38,459 nucleotides of DNA from Gemmatimonadota bacterium (GCA_030631625.1 DAOVKT010000003.1:1-38459); one strand, 5' to 3'; positions 10,025 through 22,611 are shown, counted from the first letter of the stretch. The notes: generated by a model from the letters alone, not told the origin. Numbers and translations: made by a program.

Positions 10025-10674
10025 TGAACTTCACGAATGCTACTTATGTTTGATGAGAAGCATATAGACCTTATATTGTATGATATGGTGTTATTAAGTT
10101 CAAATGTGCGTCCAACTGAACAACCCTGTACCGCCTCAACAATTCCATCCAGCTGACGATCACTGTGCCACAGGAGCAGCTGGGACCCGGGGCCTAGTCC
10201 GGGAAGGACCCATCGGAACAGTCGTTCTGGAGCGGCTACCGCACGGGCAGTAATGATGTCAAAGGTTTGCAGTTCCTCGTGAACCTGGGCTTCGATACGC
10301 CCGGTAATCACATCAATTCTATCCTCCAGTCCAAGTTCCCGTACGGTAGATGAAAGCCAGTCAGCCTTCCGCCCGCGCGCCTCCAGCAGGGTGGTTTCAA
10401 GCTCAGAATTGGCAATGGTCAGCGGTATGCCGGGCAGACCTCCTCCGGAACCAACATCCATCAGGCGCAGCGGGCCGGAGGGCAGCCACTGTACCAGGGC
10501 CGCCAGGGAATCGACGATGTGGCGCACAGGGCCTTCGGTGATGGCGTTCCTGGAGATTACATTGAGCCTGGGTGAAGAGGAACAGAGCAACTGCCAATAA
10601 TCAAGGCATTGCTCCATAACAGACTGGTTGATGTACAGGCCAAGGAAAGAAAGCTCTCTGGAAAGGTCATCCAC
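10021..10674 (-). CDS. rsmG: 16S rRNA m7G527 methyltransferase
   Basis: RHIVDSL, DVGSGGGLPGIPL and DIITARAVA motifs; located downstream of yidC. GTG 10674 is preferred because the ATG at 10704 reads through parS (MFHVKQ). Confidence 0.92.
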   Translation of the reverse strand: MDDLSRELSFLGLYINQSVMEQCLDYWQLLCSSSPRLNVISRNAITEGPVRHIVDSLAALVQWLPSGPLRLMDVGSGGGLPGIPLTIANSELETTLLEARGRKADWLSSTVRELGLEDRIDVITGRIEAQVHEELQTFDIITARAVAAPERLFRWVLPGLGPGSQLLLWHSDRQLDGIVEAVQGCSVGRTFELNNTISYNIRSICFSSNISSIREVH

Positions 10675-10687
10675 TGGAGCACCATAT

Positions 10688-10703
10688 TGTTTCACGTGAA
10701 ACA
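10688..10703. promoter_or_regulatory. parS: parS centromere site 1
   Basis: Perfect TGTTTCACGTGAAACA palindrome, about 2.5 kb from the origin region. Confidence 0.93.
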
Positions 10704-10758
10704 TTTCGATTCTGTACTAACGCACCATCCCGGCCATGCATCCTGAATTTCACAGCAC

Positions 10759-10774
10759 TGTTTCACGTGAAACA
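10759..10774. promoter_or_regulatory. parS: parS centromere site 2, inside a 26-bp perfect palindrome at 10754-10779
   Basis: AGCAC-TGTTTCACGTGAAACA-GTGCT. Confidence 0.93.
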
Positions 10775-10790
10775 GTGCTCTAGTACACCA

Positions 10791-12434
10791 CTAGTCGGCA
10801 GCCTTCTCGGGCCGTTTGTGTATTAGTTCAGTCTGAAGGATCGATAGGACATTGAACAGGGTCCAGTAGAGTGTCAACCCGGCGGGAAAACTCCTGAAAA
10901 GAAAGAAGAACATTACAGGCATTATTATCGCCATTGGCCTCTGTCTCGGGTCCTTCATCTGGGCTCTCTGCTGAACAAGCATTGTAAGTGACATCAGCCC
11001 CGGCAGAACCATATACGGATCCATTACTGAAAGGTCTTGTATCCAAAGGATAAAAGGAGCCCCCCGAAGCTCTATTGTCGTGCGCAGAATAACAAAGAGT
11101 GCATAGAATATAGGCATCTGAAGAAGCATCGGGAAGCAACCGCCCAGCGGATTGACTTTATTCTCCTTGTACAGGTTCATGATCTTCCGATTCATCTTCT
11201 CCGGATTGTCCTTATACTTCTCCTTTATCTCCTGCATCTTGGGGGCCAGCTCCTGCATGGCACTCATGCTGACCCAGAACTTTCTTGTCAGCGGGAAGAC
11301 CAGTATCTTTATAAGGACTGAGAAGATTACTATCACAAAGCCGTAATTGGGAATGTACTGGTAGAGGAAGGTGAAAATCAGCAGGCTCAGCTTGCTTATC
11401 GGGCGAATAATGCTCCAACCGAAGTCCATCATCTGCTGCAGCTCAACATTGTAGCCGCGGAATATTCTGTAGTCTATCGGACCCAGGTATAGCAGAGTCT
11501 CAATAGATCCGCCCACACCTGTCGGTATTCTGCGGTCCACCGCCAAATTCATTCTTGCGGGCCCAACCTCTCCCGCTGCCCCAATCATACGTACACTGCG
11601 GAACGGTTCATCGAGGGGAATCAGGATCGCCGCGAAGTATTTCGTACGCAAAGCTGCCCAATCTACGTATCCGAACAGCTGATCCTCCACCGAGTCCTTT
11701 TTAAGTTTGGTCTTCTGAATACCACCGCCCTGAAAAGCGAAAAAACCTGAATATTGCATATCATCTTTTCTTATTTCTTCCGTGAACTCCAGTCCCCCGA
11801 TCCACATCAGTCTGTAGGAATCATTCATCGGTGATGCATCAAAGCCCTCGAACCCATCTGTGATCTTGACGTCGTATGTATCACCGCTGAACCTCATCCG
11901 GCGGCTCAAACGTCTCCCGTCACCCAGTTCGGCTGACAACTCTATTTCGATCTCTTCACCTGCACGCAGATAAATACTTTCCGGTGCATCTGTATAGAAT
12001 TGAAATTCTGTGCTCGTAACACTTACATCACCTATTGGAACCTCGATCACCGGTCCGTATGCATTCCCGGGTATAAGCCGTATATATTCTCCGTTCTTAA
12101 TGAAGTACTCTTCAAGCTGCCACTGTTCGAATACCGCTCCTTGAGTATTCAGCTCTGCTCTATACAGCGGTGTGCTAATGGTCAGAATACGTCCGCCGGT
12201 CCTTAAAGGCTCTGCAGGAAGCACTGACCGCACTATTTGTTCGGACTCCGAAGTATATCTCTCGGCCACCTCTTCAGTTCCAGCTCCTGCCGGACTGGTC
12301 TGCACGGGGGCACCTGTGCTGTCGGCAGGCACCTGCTCGGGACCCGGTCCGTAGAGAAACTTGAAATACGTCGGCATCAACAGCAGGATGATCCCTATAA
12401 TGATCAGTGCGACAATAGTGCGCCTATCTTTCAT
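10791..12434 (-). CDS. yidC: Membrane protein insertase YidC, long form with periplasmic domain
   Basis: N-terminal helix, periplasmic domain, [24 protein letters not shown] and FPAGLTLYW motifs. Confidence 0.97.
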   Translation of the reverse strand: MKDRRTIVALIIIGIILLLMPTYFKFLYGPGPEQVPADSTGAPVQTSPAGAGTEEVAERYTSESEQIVRSVLPAEPLRTGGRILTISTPLYRAELNTQGAVFEQWQLEEYFIKNGEYIRLIPGNAYGPVIEVPIGDVSVTSTEFQFYTDAPESIYLRAGEEIEIELSAELGDGRRLSRRMRFSGDTYDVKITDGFEGFDASPMNDSYRLMWIGGLEFTEEIRKDDMQYSGFFAFQGGGIQKTKLKKDSVEDQLFGYVDWAALRTKYFAAILIPLDEPFRSVRMIGAAGEVGPARMNLAVDRRIPTGVGGSIETLLYLGPIDYRIFRGYNVELQQMMDFGWSIIRPISKLSLLIFTFLYQYIPNYGFVIVIFSVLIKILVFPLTRKFWVSMSAMQELAPKMQEIKEKYKDNPEKMNRKIMNLYKENKVNPLGGCFPMLLQMPIFYALFVILRTTIELRGAPFILWIQDLSVMDPYMVLPGLMSLTMLVQQRAQMKDPRQRPMAIIMPVMFFFLFRSFPAGLTLYWTLFNVLSILQTELIHKRPEKAAD

Positions 12435-12670
12435 CTCCGATCCTCCGTACCTGGAACGGGATCGTACCCGCCCTCAGACCAGGGTCCGCACCTTAGCACC
12501 CTCCAAGCGCCTAACAACCACCCTCGAAATGGACCATGCCTGTCTATTGCTTCGATCGCATATGAAGAGCAGCTGGGGTAAAAACGGCAGTGCTGTCCCA
12601 AAAGGGGGGAAATGAACCATCGGTAAAGATGAATGGGAGCTTTAACTACATATTTTAACAAGTTCATCAC
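12431..12670 (-). CDS. yidD: Membrane protein insertion efficiency factor
   Basis: [19 protein letters not shown]...[17 protein letters not shown]. Confidence 0.96.
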   Translation of the reverse strand: MMNLLKYVVKAPIHLYRWFISPLLGQHCRFYPSCSSYAIEAIDRHGPFRGWLLGAWRVLRCGPWSEGGYDPVPGTEDRR

Positions 12671-13001
12671 TCAGTGTCTGGAATGAGCGGGTAAGGTTAA
12701 GGTGTGAAGCATGTTGGGCGTCCGATCTGGCAATGAGCAGGAATTCACCAGCCGGGGGTAACAAGTCTCGTTTTCTCCGGTAAATATCCCTTAACCTTCG
12801 CCGCAACCTGTTCCTGGCAACCGCACCTCTACAATGTCGGCTTACTGCCACCCCCACACGGCGGTGTGCCATCTTTTCGGTTTGAGGTAGATATCGGATT
12901 ATGAGATAGACGTCCTCGACGCTTACTCCATCACGCATCAGCATCCGGTAGCTATCCCTGCCTTTAAGACGCTCACCCCTGGGCAGGCGCTCTCGGGCCA
13001 C
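12642..13001 (-). CDS. rnpA: Ribonuclease P protein component
   Basis: RVGVAVSR and RNR motif [12 protein letters not shown]; lies between rpmH and yidD. Confidence 0.94.
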   Translation of the reverse strand: MARERLPRGERLKGRDSYRMLMRDGVSVEDVYLIIRYLPQTEKMAHRRVGVAVSRHCRGAVARNRLRRRLRDIYRRKRDLLPPAGEFLLIARSDAQHASHLNLTRSFQTLSDELVKICS

Positions 13002-13004
13002 GGT

Positions 13005-13139
13005 TCACACCGCCAAGCGACGGCGACCTTTCTTCCTCCGGCGCTTTAGCACTGCCTTGCCACCAGCATCGCGCATCCGTCTGCGGAAACCGTGCTTGTT
13101 CTTTCTCTTGCGCCGGCTTGGCTGATAGGTCCTCTTCAC
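13005..13139 (-). CDS. rpmH: 50S ribosomal protein L34
   Basis: Below the ORF-track length cutoff. Manual translation gives [44 protein letters not shown], with a GTG start and a GAGGTG ribosome-binding site. Confidence 0.97.
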   Translation of the reverse strand: MKRTYQPSRRKRKNKHGFRRRMRDAGGKAVLKRRRKKGRRRLAV

Positions 13140-13160
13140 TTTTTCCACCTCAACTTACAT

Positions 13161-13198
13161 TTAGTGCACCACTCCGTAATTACGGAGCGGTGCACTTA
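13161..13198. repeat. 32-bp palindromic element, copy 1, flanked by TTA direct repeats
   Basis: TTA-GTGCACCACTCCGTAATTACGGAGCGGTGCAC-TTA; one mismatch in the 16-bp arms; 28/32 identical to the copy at 24683. Confidence 0.88.
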
Positions 13199-13216
13199 GA
13201 AACTGCAAGACCTGCT

Positions 13217-13246
13217 AAGCTATTAGTTTAATTGTGTTTCAGTCAA
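13217..13246 (-). promoter_or_regulatory. Candidate sigma-70 promoter of the rpmH operon
   Basis: TTGACT-N18-TAGCTT on the minus strand. Confidence 0.45.
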
Positions 13247-13346
13247 GTTCAAAGCCGTGATATATGCAATATTGTTACGGTACTTGATCGGGTTGTTATT
13301 ATGGCATACTTTATTTTTTTACTTTCAGCCACTTTTTTTATTTTTG

Positions 13347-13534
13347 TGTGGAAAACCTCTTGACTGTCTCTCTTTTATTATGGTAGATTATACATCCGTT
13401 TGGGTGTGTTGATATGTGGATAAGGTGTGGATAAGGTTGTCTTCACACTGTGGAAAACGTTCGGACACTAAAAAAGGCTCCTCTGCAACCTCTTAGAATT
13501 GTTGAGGTTATAACGGCTGTCACAATGTGGATAA
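13347..13534. promoter_or_regulatory. DnaA-box cluster upstream of dnaA (oriC1 and/or dnaA autoregulation)
   Basis: Perfect TGTGGATAA at 13415, 13426 and 13526; TGTGGAAAA at 13347 and 13449; AT-rich context. Confidence 0.9.
13360..13389 (+). promoter_or_regulatory. Candidate sigma-70 promoter of dnaA
   Basis: TTGACT-N18-TAGATT with an extended -10 TG at 13381-13382; DnaA boxes lie just downstream. Confidence 0.55.
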
Positions 13535-13557
13535 AATAATCCATCAGCTGTGAAGGT

Positions 13558-14937
13558 GTGAAAAAGTTGGCGCCTACTTTAGAACTCATCTGGTCTCAAT
13601 GCCTAGAGGACCTCTCATCACAGCTACCATTACAAAGCTTTGAAACATGGTTCAAGCCGATAAGGGCAGTTGAGTACTCCTCCCAGAAACTTCACCTGGA
13701 GGTGCCAAGTCAGTTCTTCAGTAACTGGGTGGAGCAGCACTACCAGCATCTACTTCAGCGGGTAGTCACAGCGCGTGTCGGCGATGGGGTAGAAGTAGTA
13801 TTCGATGTGAGAGAAGGGGGTATTTTTGAAGAGGTAACCTTCCCTCACCCCTTGCACACTCCAGAGCCCATACCGCCAAAACTTGAACTTATGGTAGACC
13901 CTATCGCCCTGAACCCCCGTTTCTCATTCGAAACTTTCGTAGTTGGCAACAGCAACCAGTTTGCTCATGCAGCTTCCAAGGCTGTGGCTGAGGCTCCAGG
14001 TAAAACCGCTTTCAATCCTCTTCTTATTTACGGTGGTGTGGGATTAGGGAAAACTCACCTTCTACAGGCCATCGCCTCCTACGCTCTCTCTCATGTTACC
14101 GCCACGAAGGTTATCTACATCTCCAGTGAAAAATTCATTAGTGATTTCATAACATCCATTCAGAACAATAAAACCACCGAATTCACATCCCTTTACCGTG
14201 GTGTTGATCTACTTCTTGTTGATGATATTCAGTTCTTCACCAACAAAGAGAGAACCCAGGAAGAGTTCTTCCACACCTTCAACACACTACATCAGCGTGG
14301 AAAACAGATCGTTCTCACTTGTGACCGCCTGCCGAGAGAACTCCAGGGCCTCGAGGAGAGGTTGATATCCAGATTCCTCTGGGGCCTTGTAACCGACATT
14401 CAGACACCAGATCTTGAAACCAGGGTTGCCATCCTCCAAAAGAAGGCAGACAACGACGGTGTAGTCATACCTCATGATGTCCTACTCTACATCGCACAAA
14501 ACATTAAGTCGAATATACGTGAGCTTGAGAGCTGTCTTATAAAACTCCTTGCTTACTCATCCCTTACCGGTCAAGAGATCTCGGCAGAGATGGCCCAGGA
14601 AGTCCTCCACGACCAGATCGAGTCAACCAGGAAGTGGATCACTATAGAATCTCTTCAGGAGACAGTGGCCTCCTATTTCAACCTTTCCTCCGACCTTCTC
14701 CGTGCAAGGACCAGAAAGAAAGAGATTGTAGTACCGAGGCAGATTGCGATGTATCTGTGTAAACATCTTACCGACAGTAGTCTTAAAACAATAGGTCTAC
14801 ACTTCGGTGGTCGGGATCACACTACAGTCATTCATGCTCAGCAGACCATAGAGGAAAAGCTGCAGAAGAACCCACAGTTGAAAAGAGATGTTGATACTAT
14901 CCTGTCGAGACTTGATGTCGAACCTGGTCTGCTATAA
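13558..14937 (+). CDS. dnaA: Chromosomal replication initiator DnaA
   Basis: FETWF domain I; Walker A GGVGLGKT; LLVDDIQF, TQEEFFHTFN, NIRELE and GGRDHTTVIHA. Confidence 0.99.
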   Translation: MKKLAPTLELIWSQCLEDLSSQLPLQSFETWFKPIRAVEYSSQKLHLEVPSQFFSNWVEQHYQHLLQRVVTARVGDGVEVVFDVREGGIFEEVTFPHPLHTPEPIPPKLELMVDPIALNPRFSFETFVVGNSNQFAHAASKAVAEAPGKTAFNPLLIYGGVGLGKTHLLQAIASYALSHVTATKVIYISSEKFISDFITSIQNNKTTEFTSLYRGVDLLLVDDIQFFTNKERTQEEFFHTFNTLHQRGKQIVLTCDRLPRELQGLEERLISRFLWGLVTDIQTPDLETRVAILQKKADNDGVVIPHDVLLYIAQNIKSNIRELESCLIKLLAYSSLTGQEISAEMAQEVLHDQIESTRKWITIESLQETVASYFNLSSDLLRARTRKKEIVVPRQIAMYLCKHLTDSSLKTIGLHFGGRDHTTVIHAQQTIEEKLQKNPQLKRDVDTILSRLDVEPGLL

Positions 14938-15290
14938 GAACAGATAAACTTAATACACATGCCCCCTGTTGATAAGTTTGTTACTAAAAAGTGATTTATG
15001 TGGAAAAGAAACCCCTAATGAAAACTTATTCTTTGTCGTGTTGATTATGTATATAACAGGGCAGGTTATCAATATGTTATTCCCATGTAATTCACGTTTT
15101 CCAAATCTCTCTAACTTGTTGTGTATCAATGAGTTTTAGTCTCATGGAAAGGGTTTTAAGACAATCCACATACCTTACTACTATTGTTTCTATTTCTGTT
15201 AAATTTTTATATCTTACCTGTTGTATAAGAAATCAAATGAAACACTGGTTAGTAACGTAGGAATAAAGTCACATAAATGGGGAGCGGCTG
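14938..15290. other. oriC: oriC2: degenerate DnaA boxes, IHF-like site, DnaA-trios and AT-rich unwinding element
   Basis: TGTTGATAA at 14967; TGTGGAAAA at 14999; 11-bp-phased TTATCAATA/TTATTCCCA/TAATTCACG at 15066/15077/15088; TATCAATGAGTTT at 15124; CAATCCACA at 15162 followed by nine triplets with central T (15175-15201) and an AT tract. Confidence 0.85.
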
Positions 15291-16412
15291 ATGAAAGTAC
15301 GACTTTCAAGGGATGAAGTGACGGAGGCATTAGCCAGTATCCAGCAGGTAGTTCCTCCAAAGACTACACTGCCAATACTTTCCAATCTTTTACTGAGGGC
15401 AAAAGAGGGACGTCTCTATATATCCTCGACAGATTTAGATATTTCAATGAGAACGTCTATTGAATGTGACCTTCTTGAAGAGGGTGTCACGACGGTGCCG
15501 GCACGTAAATTCAGCGAGATAGTAAGGGAGCTCCCCGAGGAAACCTTCCAGCTGGATGAGAGCGAAGACCGGATAAGTCTTACGTGCGGAAGGGGTCAGT
15601 ACAAGCTAACGGGCATAGATTGGGAGGAATTTCCTAAGATACAAGAAGGGGTCGAGGGTGTTCGAATCCATATAGAGGGTAATTATTTAAAGAGAATGGT
15701 GAGCACAACCTCATTCGCGGTATCAAGCGATGAGACGCGTCCAGCTCTGGGTGGGGTGTTATGGAAAATCACAGGGAAGGACACCCGTATGGTCTCTACT
15801 GATGGACACCGTCTAGCATTACTGGAGTTGAGTGATGTCATTGGTGGGGATAGTGAAATAGATGTGGAAGTTATAGTTCCACCAAAGGCCCTTGGTCAGA
15901 TAACTCGTCTTATAGGTGAAGGGAAAAACCTTAAAGAGGTGGTGGTGGGTGAGAAGTATATACAGGCGGAAATGGGTGACACAGTTCTACTTACACGTCT
16001 TATAGATGGCCCGTATCCCAACTACAAACTCGTAATGCCAAAGGATAATGATAAAAAGCTTATTGTTGAGAGAGATATTCTAGAGGCCGCTGTTAGTCGT
16101 GTTTCAATTCTAAGTAACACTCAGACACACCAGGTAAGATTCGACCTTGAGGAGAGCAGCGCCCAGCTCAGCGCAATCAGCCCGGACCTTGGTGCGGAAG
16201 CCCGTGATCATATTGAAGTTGTGTATGATGGATCTCCTATGACGCTTGCCTATAACGCTTCATATCTACTTGAGGTCCTCAGACACATACGACGTGGCGA
16301 GATCGAAATTACCTTAAAGACTCCGGTAAGCGCCGGTCTATTACGCCCAGTTGAGCAAGAAGAAGGGGAAGACCTGACATTTCTTTTGATGCCGCTGCGC
16401 CTGAATGACTGA
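15291..16412 (+). CDS. dnaN: DNA polymerase III beta sliding clamp
   Basis: TTLPILSN, STDLD, DETRPALGGV, STDGHRL, GPYPNY and C-terminal LLMPLRL. Confidence 0.98.
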   Translation: MKVRLSRDEVTEALASIQQVVPPKTTLPILSNLLLRAKEGRLYISSTDLDISMRTSIECDLLEEGVTTVPARKFSEIVRELPEETFQLDESEDRISLTCGRGQYKLTGIDWEEFPKIQEGVEGVRIHIEGNYLKRMVSTTSFAVSSDETRPALGGVLWKITGKDTRMVSTDGHRLALLELSDVIGGDSEIDVEVIVPPKALGQITRLIGEGKNLKEVVVGEKYIQAEMGDTVLLTRLIDGPYPNYKLVMPKDNDKKLIVERDILEAAVSRVSILSNTQTHQVRFDLEESSAQLSAISPDLGAEARDHIEVVYDGSPMTLAYNASYLLEVLRHIRRGEIEITLKTPVSAGLLRPVEQEEGEDLTFLLMPLRLND

Positions 16413-17528
16413 ACAGGGGAAGGATACAAAACAACCCCCCACACAGTTAAAGAGGCTGTCTCTTAAGGCGTTCCGTAACTACACAGACGCAGATTTGGAA
16501 CTGGGTCCTGGACTGAACCTTGTGATCGGACCCAATGGTCACGGAAAGACGAACCTTGTCGAAGCGGTCTACTTTCTGTGCCTTGGTCGCTCCTTCCGAG
16601 AGAGAATCGACAGGCGACTGATAATGTTCGGTGCACCGCAGGCACGGCTTTGTGGGGATGTCGAGTGGGCAGGTAGGGGGCATAAAGTCGAAGTTGCATG
16701 GAGACGAAGTGGATCAAAGAAAGCCTGGCTGGATGGGGCTAAGCTGGGTCGGATCAGCGAGCTTGTAGGGAAAACACCTGTGGTAAGCCTTACACCTGAA
16801 GATGGATCACTGGTTCATGGTGATCCAGGGGCGCGCAGGAGGTTTTTGGATATAGTTCTGGCCCAGACTGATCGCAGCTACCTTTCGGCACTGAAACGTT
16901 ACAGGAGGGCCCTTCTCCAGCGGAACCTTTGCCTTCGCGAAGGAAGGTTTACACTGGCGGAGGCATACGAGGACTCCCTGGAAGAGAGCGCGGTGGAAAT
17001 ACGCAGATGTAGAAGAGCCCTTGTTGATTTCATCCAGGAGAGTTCAGCCCAGACATACCGCGATATAAGCAGTCAGGGGGAATCATTAAGGCTCAAGTAC
17101 CGTCCAAACCCTCCAACAGGAGAGGAGGACACCGACAGTGTTGCCCAGGCTCTTTCCGATGCGAGAGACCTTGACCGGGAACGCGGTTTCACCAGTGTGG
17201 GCCCCCACAGGGATGACATCCAGATAGATATGGATGAAAGGGAATTGAAGACATATGGGTCGCATGGACAGTCAAGAACTGCACTGGCCACACTTAAACT
17301 GGCCGAGGTGAGCTACTATTTAAGGATCTACAATCGCCCCCCGATCTTGATAATGGATGAAGTCGCTGCGGTGCTGGATCGGGGCAGAGCCTCAAATCTG
17401 ATACGTCTTCTGTCTGATATGTCCTCCCAGGTGTTTGTTACTTCGCCGTCCGTCGAGGATCTGGGAAGTGTAGCGGATGCAGCTGGATGCGTTGTGGAGG
17501 TCGAGGAAGGCAAGGTGAGCAGAAAGCG

Positions 17529-17532
<4 letters not shown>
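16405..17532 (+). CDS. recF: DNA replication and repair protein RecF
   Basis: FRNY, Walker A GPNGHGKTN, RRRFLD, GPHRDD, SHGQ and LIMDEV. Confidence 0.96.
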
Positions 17533-19786
<2,254 letters not shown>

Positions 19787-19792
19787 CTAAGT

Positions 19793-22507
19793 ATGGCAAC
19801 ACTGCACAGACAGAGAATCGTGCCCGTTAACATCGAGGAGGAGATGAAGGCCTCCTACATCGACTACTCGATGTCTGTGATCGTATCGCGGGCGCTACCC
19901 GATGTGCGCGATGGCCTCAAGCCGGTCCATCGCCGGATCCTTTACGGGATGAGAGAACTTGGCCTCCACCCGAACCGCGCCCACCGCAAAAGTGCAAGAC
20001 TGGTCGGGGATGTGCTCGGAAAGTACCATCCCCACGGTGACTCAGCGATCTACGACAGCTTAGTTCGCATGGCTCAGAACTTCTCGCTGCGCTACCCGCT
20101 GATTGACGGGCAGGGGAACTTCGGCAGTATAGACGGGGATTCGGCCGCAGCAATGCGGTACACGGAATGCCGGATGGCAAAAATCGCGGGGGAGATGCTT
20201 CAGGACCTCGATAAAGGCACGGTAGGCTGGGTCCCCAATTTTGATGAAACTCTTCAGGAGCCGCAGGTTCTACCCACCAAACTGCCCAACCTTCTGGTCA
20301 ACGGCGCCTCCGGGATTGCGGTCGGAATGGCTACGAACATTCCTCCGCATAACCTGACCGAAGTGGTGAACGGTCTGGTTCATCTGGCGGAAAATCCGGA
20401 CGTTGAAATCGAGGAACTGATGGAGTTTATCACCGGCCCCGATTTCCCGACCGGAGGGATAATCTACGGCAGGCAGGGTATTATCAGCGCCTTCAAGACC
20501 GGCCGCGGCAAGGTGATAGTCCGAGCCCGTGTCCACATCGAGGAGGTGAAGGACCGCGAAAGGATCGTTATCACCGAAATTCCCTACCAGGTTAACAAAT
20601 CCAACCTTCTGGAGAAGATCGCAGATCTAGTGAGGGAGAAGAAGGTGGAGGGGATCTCCGATCTGAGGGATGAGTCGGACCGTGAGGGCATGAGGATCGT
20701 GCTGGAGGTCAAAAGGGATGCCCCGGCCGAGGTAATCGTGAACATGCTCTATAAGAACACCCAGCTTCAGACCACCTTCGGTGTGATCAACCTGGCGCTT
20801 GTGGATGGGCAGCCCAAAGAGCTCAATCTGAAGGAAACCCTGCAGGCATTTCTCGACTTCCGCCACTATGTGGTGGAGAGGCGTACCCGGTACGAGCTGG
20901 CCCAGGCCGAGGCCAGGGCCCACATCCTGGAGGGACTCAGGATATGTGTAGACAACATCGATGAGATCATAGCCCTTATAAAAAAGGCGAAGGATCCCGA
21001 AGCTGCGAAGAAGCAGCTGAAGAAGCAGTTCGAGCTGTCAGATGAGCAGGCGCAGGCCATCCTGGATATGCGGCTTGCCAGGCTGACAGGCCTGGAGAGA
21101 ATGAAGATCGAGGAGGAGTATCGGGAAATTATTGAAAAGATCGCCCACTACAGGGAAGTACTGGCCAACCGGGGCCTTCGCATGGCGATAGTCAAGGAGG
21201 AGCTGCTGGAGCTCCTGGAGAAATACGGGGATGACAGGCGGACCGAGATTCTGGAGGATGCTGGGGAATTCAGCATGGAGGACCTGATTGCGGAAGAGGA
21301 CATGGTCATCACGATTTCCCACCAGGGGTACACCAAACGTATCCCTGTCTCGACTTACAGGAGCCAGGGCCGGGGTGGGAAGGGTATCAGGGGAATGGGG
21401 ACGAAAGAAGAGGATTTCGTTGAACACCTCTTCGTAGCCTCGACACACTCGTACATCCTTTTCTTCACAGACCGCGGTAAGTGCTACTGGCTCAAAGTCT
21501 ACGACATACCCCAGGGGGGACGCCTCGCCAAGGGACGACCGCTCATCAACCTGATCCAGGTGGAGAAGAAGGAGACTGTCAGGGCAATGGTGCCGGTCCG
21601 GACTTTCGAAGAGGGCAGGTTCGTGATATTCGGCACCGGGCGTGGTCTCGTGAAGAAGACCCCGCTCACCGGCTACAGCAATCCGCGCCGGGATGGCATT
21701 ATAGCAATCGATATAAACGGGGGTGATGAGCTGATTGAGGCTCAGCTCACCGATGGCACCTGTGACGTTATACTCGGCACGAAAAAGGGAATGGCTATAC
21801 GTTTCCACGAAGACGATGTGCGTCCGATGGGGAGGGATACAAGGGGTGTAAAGGGGATAACCCTGGCGAAGGAGGGTGACGGGGTCGTCGGGATGGTCAT
21901 CGTACGGCGTGAGGGTTACATACTGACGGTGGCCGAGCTCGGCTACGGCAAACGCACAAAGATCAGCGACTATCCGGTGCAACGCAGGGGAGGGAAGGGT
22001 GTGATTACCATGAAGAGCTGTGAACGCAATGGGGACGTACTGATGCTGCAGGAAGTTGTTGACACCGACGAGCTTATGCTGATCACCAGGAACGGCTTGA
22101 TCATCCGTCAGGCCGCCGGGAAGGTTTCCGTTATTGGTAGGAATACCCAGGGGGTGAGGTTGATGAATATGGGCGATGGGGACAAGGTAGTGGACGTAGC
22201 CCGCGTCGCCGAAAAGGACCAGACAGAGATTGACTCTGCTGGTGCGGTGGATATAGCTGAGGAAACCCCGGAATCAGGAGGAGAAGAGACAACCGACACT
22301 TCCGGGAAAGCGGACAGGACTGGGGTGGCGCACAAGGCGAAAACGGCAAGTAAGGCTACGACGACTGGAAAGGCTACGACGACGGGTAGGGCCAAGACTA
22401 CCGGCAAGAAAAAAACCTCCACTAGGTCGAAATCAGCGGGCAGCAAGAAAACGGCTGGGAAGAAGAAGGCGACAAGCCGGTCGCAGAAGGGCCGGGCCGG
22501 CCGCTGA
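19793..22507 (+). CDS. gyrA: DNA gyrase subunit A with an extended acidic-then-basic C-terminal tail
   Basis: [10 protein letters not shown], catalytic AAAMRY, GyrA-box QGRGGKG and a pinwheel C-terminal domain. Confidence 0.99.
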   Translation: MATLHRQRIVPVNIEEEMKASYIDYSMSVIVSRALPDVRDGLKPVHRRILYGMRELGLHPNRAHRKSARLVGDVLGKYHPHGDSAIYDSLVRMAQNFSLRYPLIDGQGNFGSIDGDSAAAMRYTECRMAKIAGEMLQDLDKGTVGWVPNFDETLQEPQVLPTKLPNLLVNGASGIAVGMATNIPPHNLTEVVNGLVHLAENPDVEIEELMEFITGPDFPTGGIIYGRQGIISAFKTGRGKVIVRARVHIEEVKDRERIVITEIPYQVNKSNLLEKIADLVREKKVEGISDLRDESDREGMRIVLEVKRDAPAEVIVNMLYKNTQLQTTFGVINLALVDGQPKELNLKETLQAFLDFRHYVVERRTRYELAQAEARAHILEGLRICVDNIDEIIALIKKAKDPEAAKKQLKKQFELSDEQAQAILDMRLARLTGLERMKIEEEYREIIEKIAHYREVLANRGLRMAIVKEELLELLEKYGDDRRTEILEDAGEFSMEDLIAEEDMVITISHQGYTKRIPVSTYRSQGRGGKGIRGMGTKEEDFVEHLFVASTHSYILFFTDRGKCYWLKVYDIPQGGRLAKGRPLINLIQVEKKETVRAMVPVRTFEEGRFVIFGTGRGLVKKTPLTGYSNPRRDGIIAIDINGGDELIEAQLTDGTCDVILGTKKGMAIRFHEDDVRPMGRDTRGVKGITLAKEGDGVVGMVIVRREGYILTVAELGYGKRTKISDYPVQRRGGKGVITMKSCERNGDVLMLQEVVDTDELMLITRNGLIIRQAAGKVSVIGRNTQGVRLMNMGDGDKVVDVARVAEKDQTEIDSAGAVDIAEETPESGGEETTDTSGKADRTGVAHKAKTASKATTTGKATTTGRAKTTGKKKTSTRSKSAGSKKTAGKKKATSRSQKGRAGR
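22334..22405 (+). repeat. In-frame 18-nt degenerate tandem repeat in the gyrA tail
   Basis: aaggctacgacgactgga and aaggctacgacgacgggt plus weaker flanking units, encoding [24 protein letters not shown]. Confidence 0.8.
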
Positions 22508-22611
22508 TGAGCGGTGCCCCCGATATGCCCTGACGAACATGGGAAAATAGTTCGTTGGGGTTGTTGACACTTTTGTGGACTCTTCGGCCCTTTACGGCGT
22601 AATATATTACT

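Noticed and set aside
10675-10704. rsmG N-terminus MFHVKQ from ATG 10704
   Set aside because: It is the translation of the parS palindrome; GTG 10674 is the more plausible start.
20020-20060. Quinolone-resistance substitution in GyrA
   Set aside because: [10 protein letters not shown] keeps Ser and Asp at the positions equivalent to E. coli 83 and 87.
22501-22514. Hairpin CCGCT-GATG-AGCGG at the gyrA stop as a terminator or another repeat copy
   Set aside because: The stem is 5 bp with no U tract, and the GAGCGGTGC similarity to the element end is too short to call.
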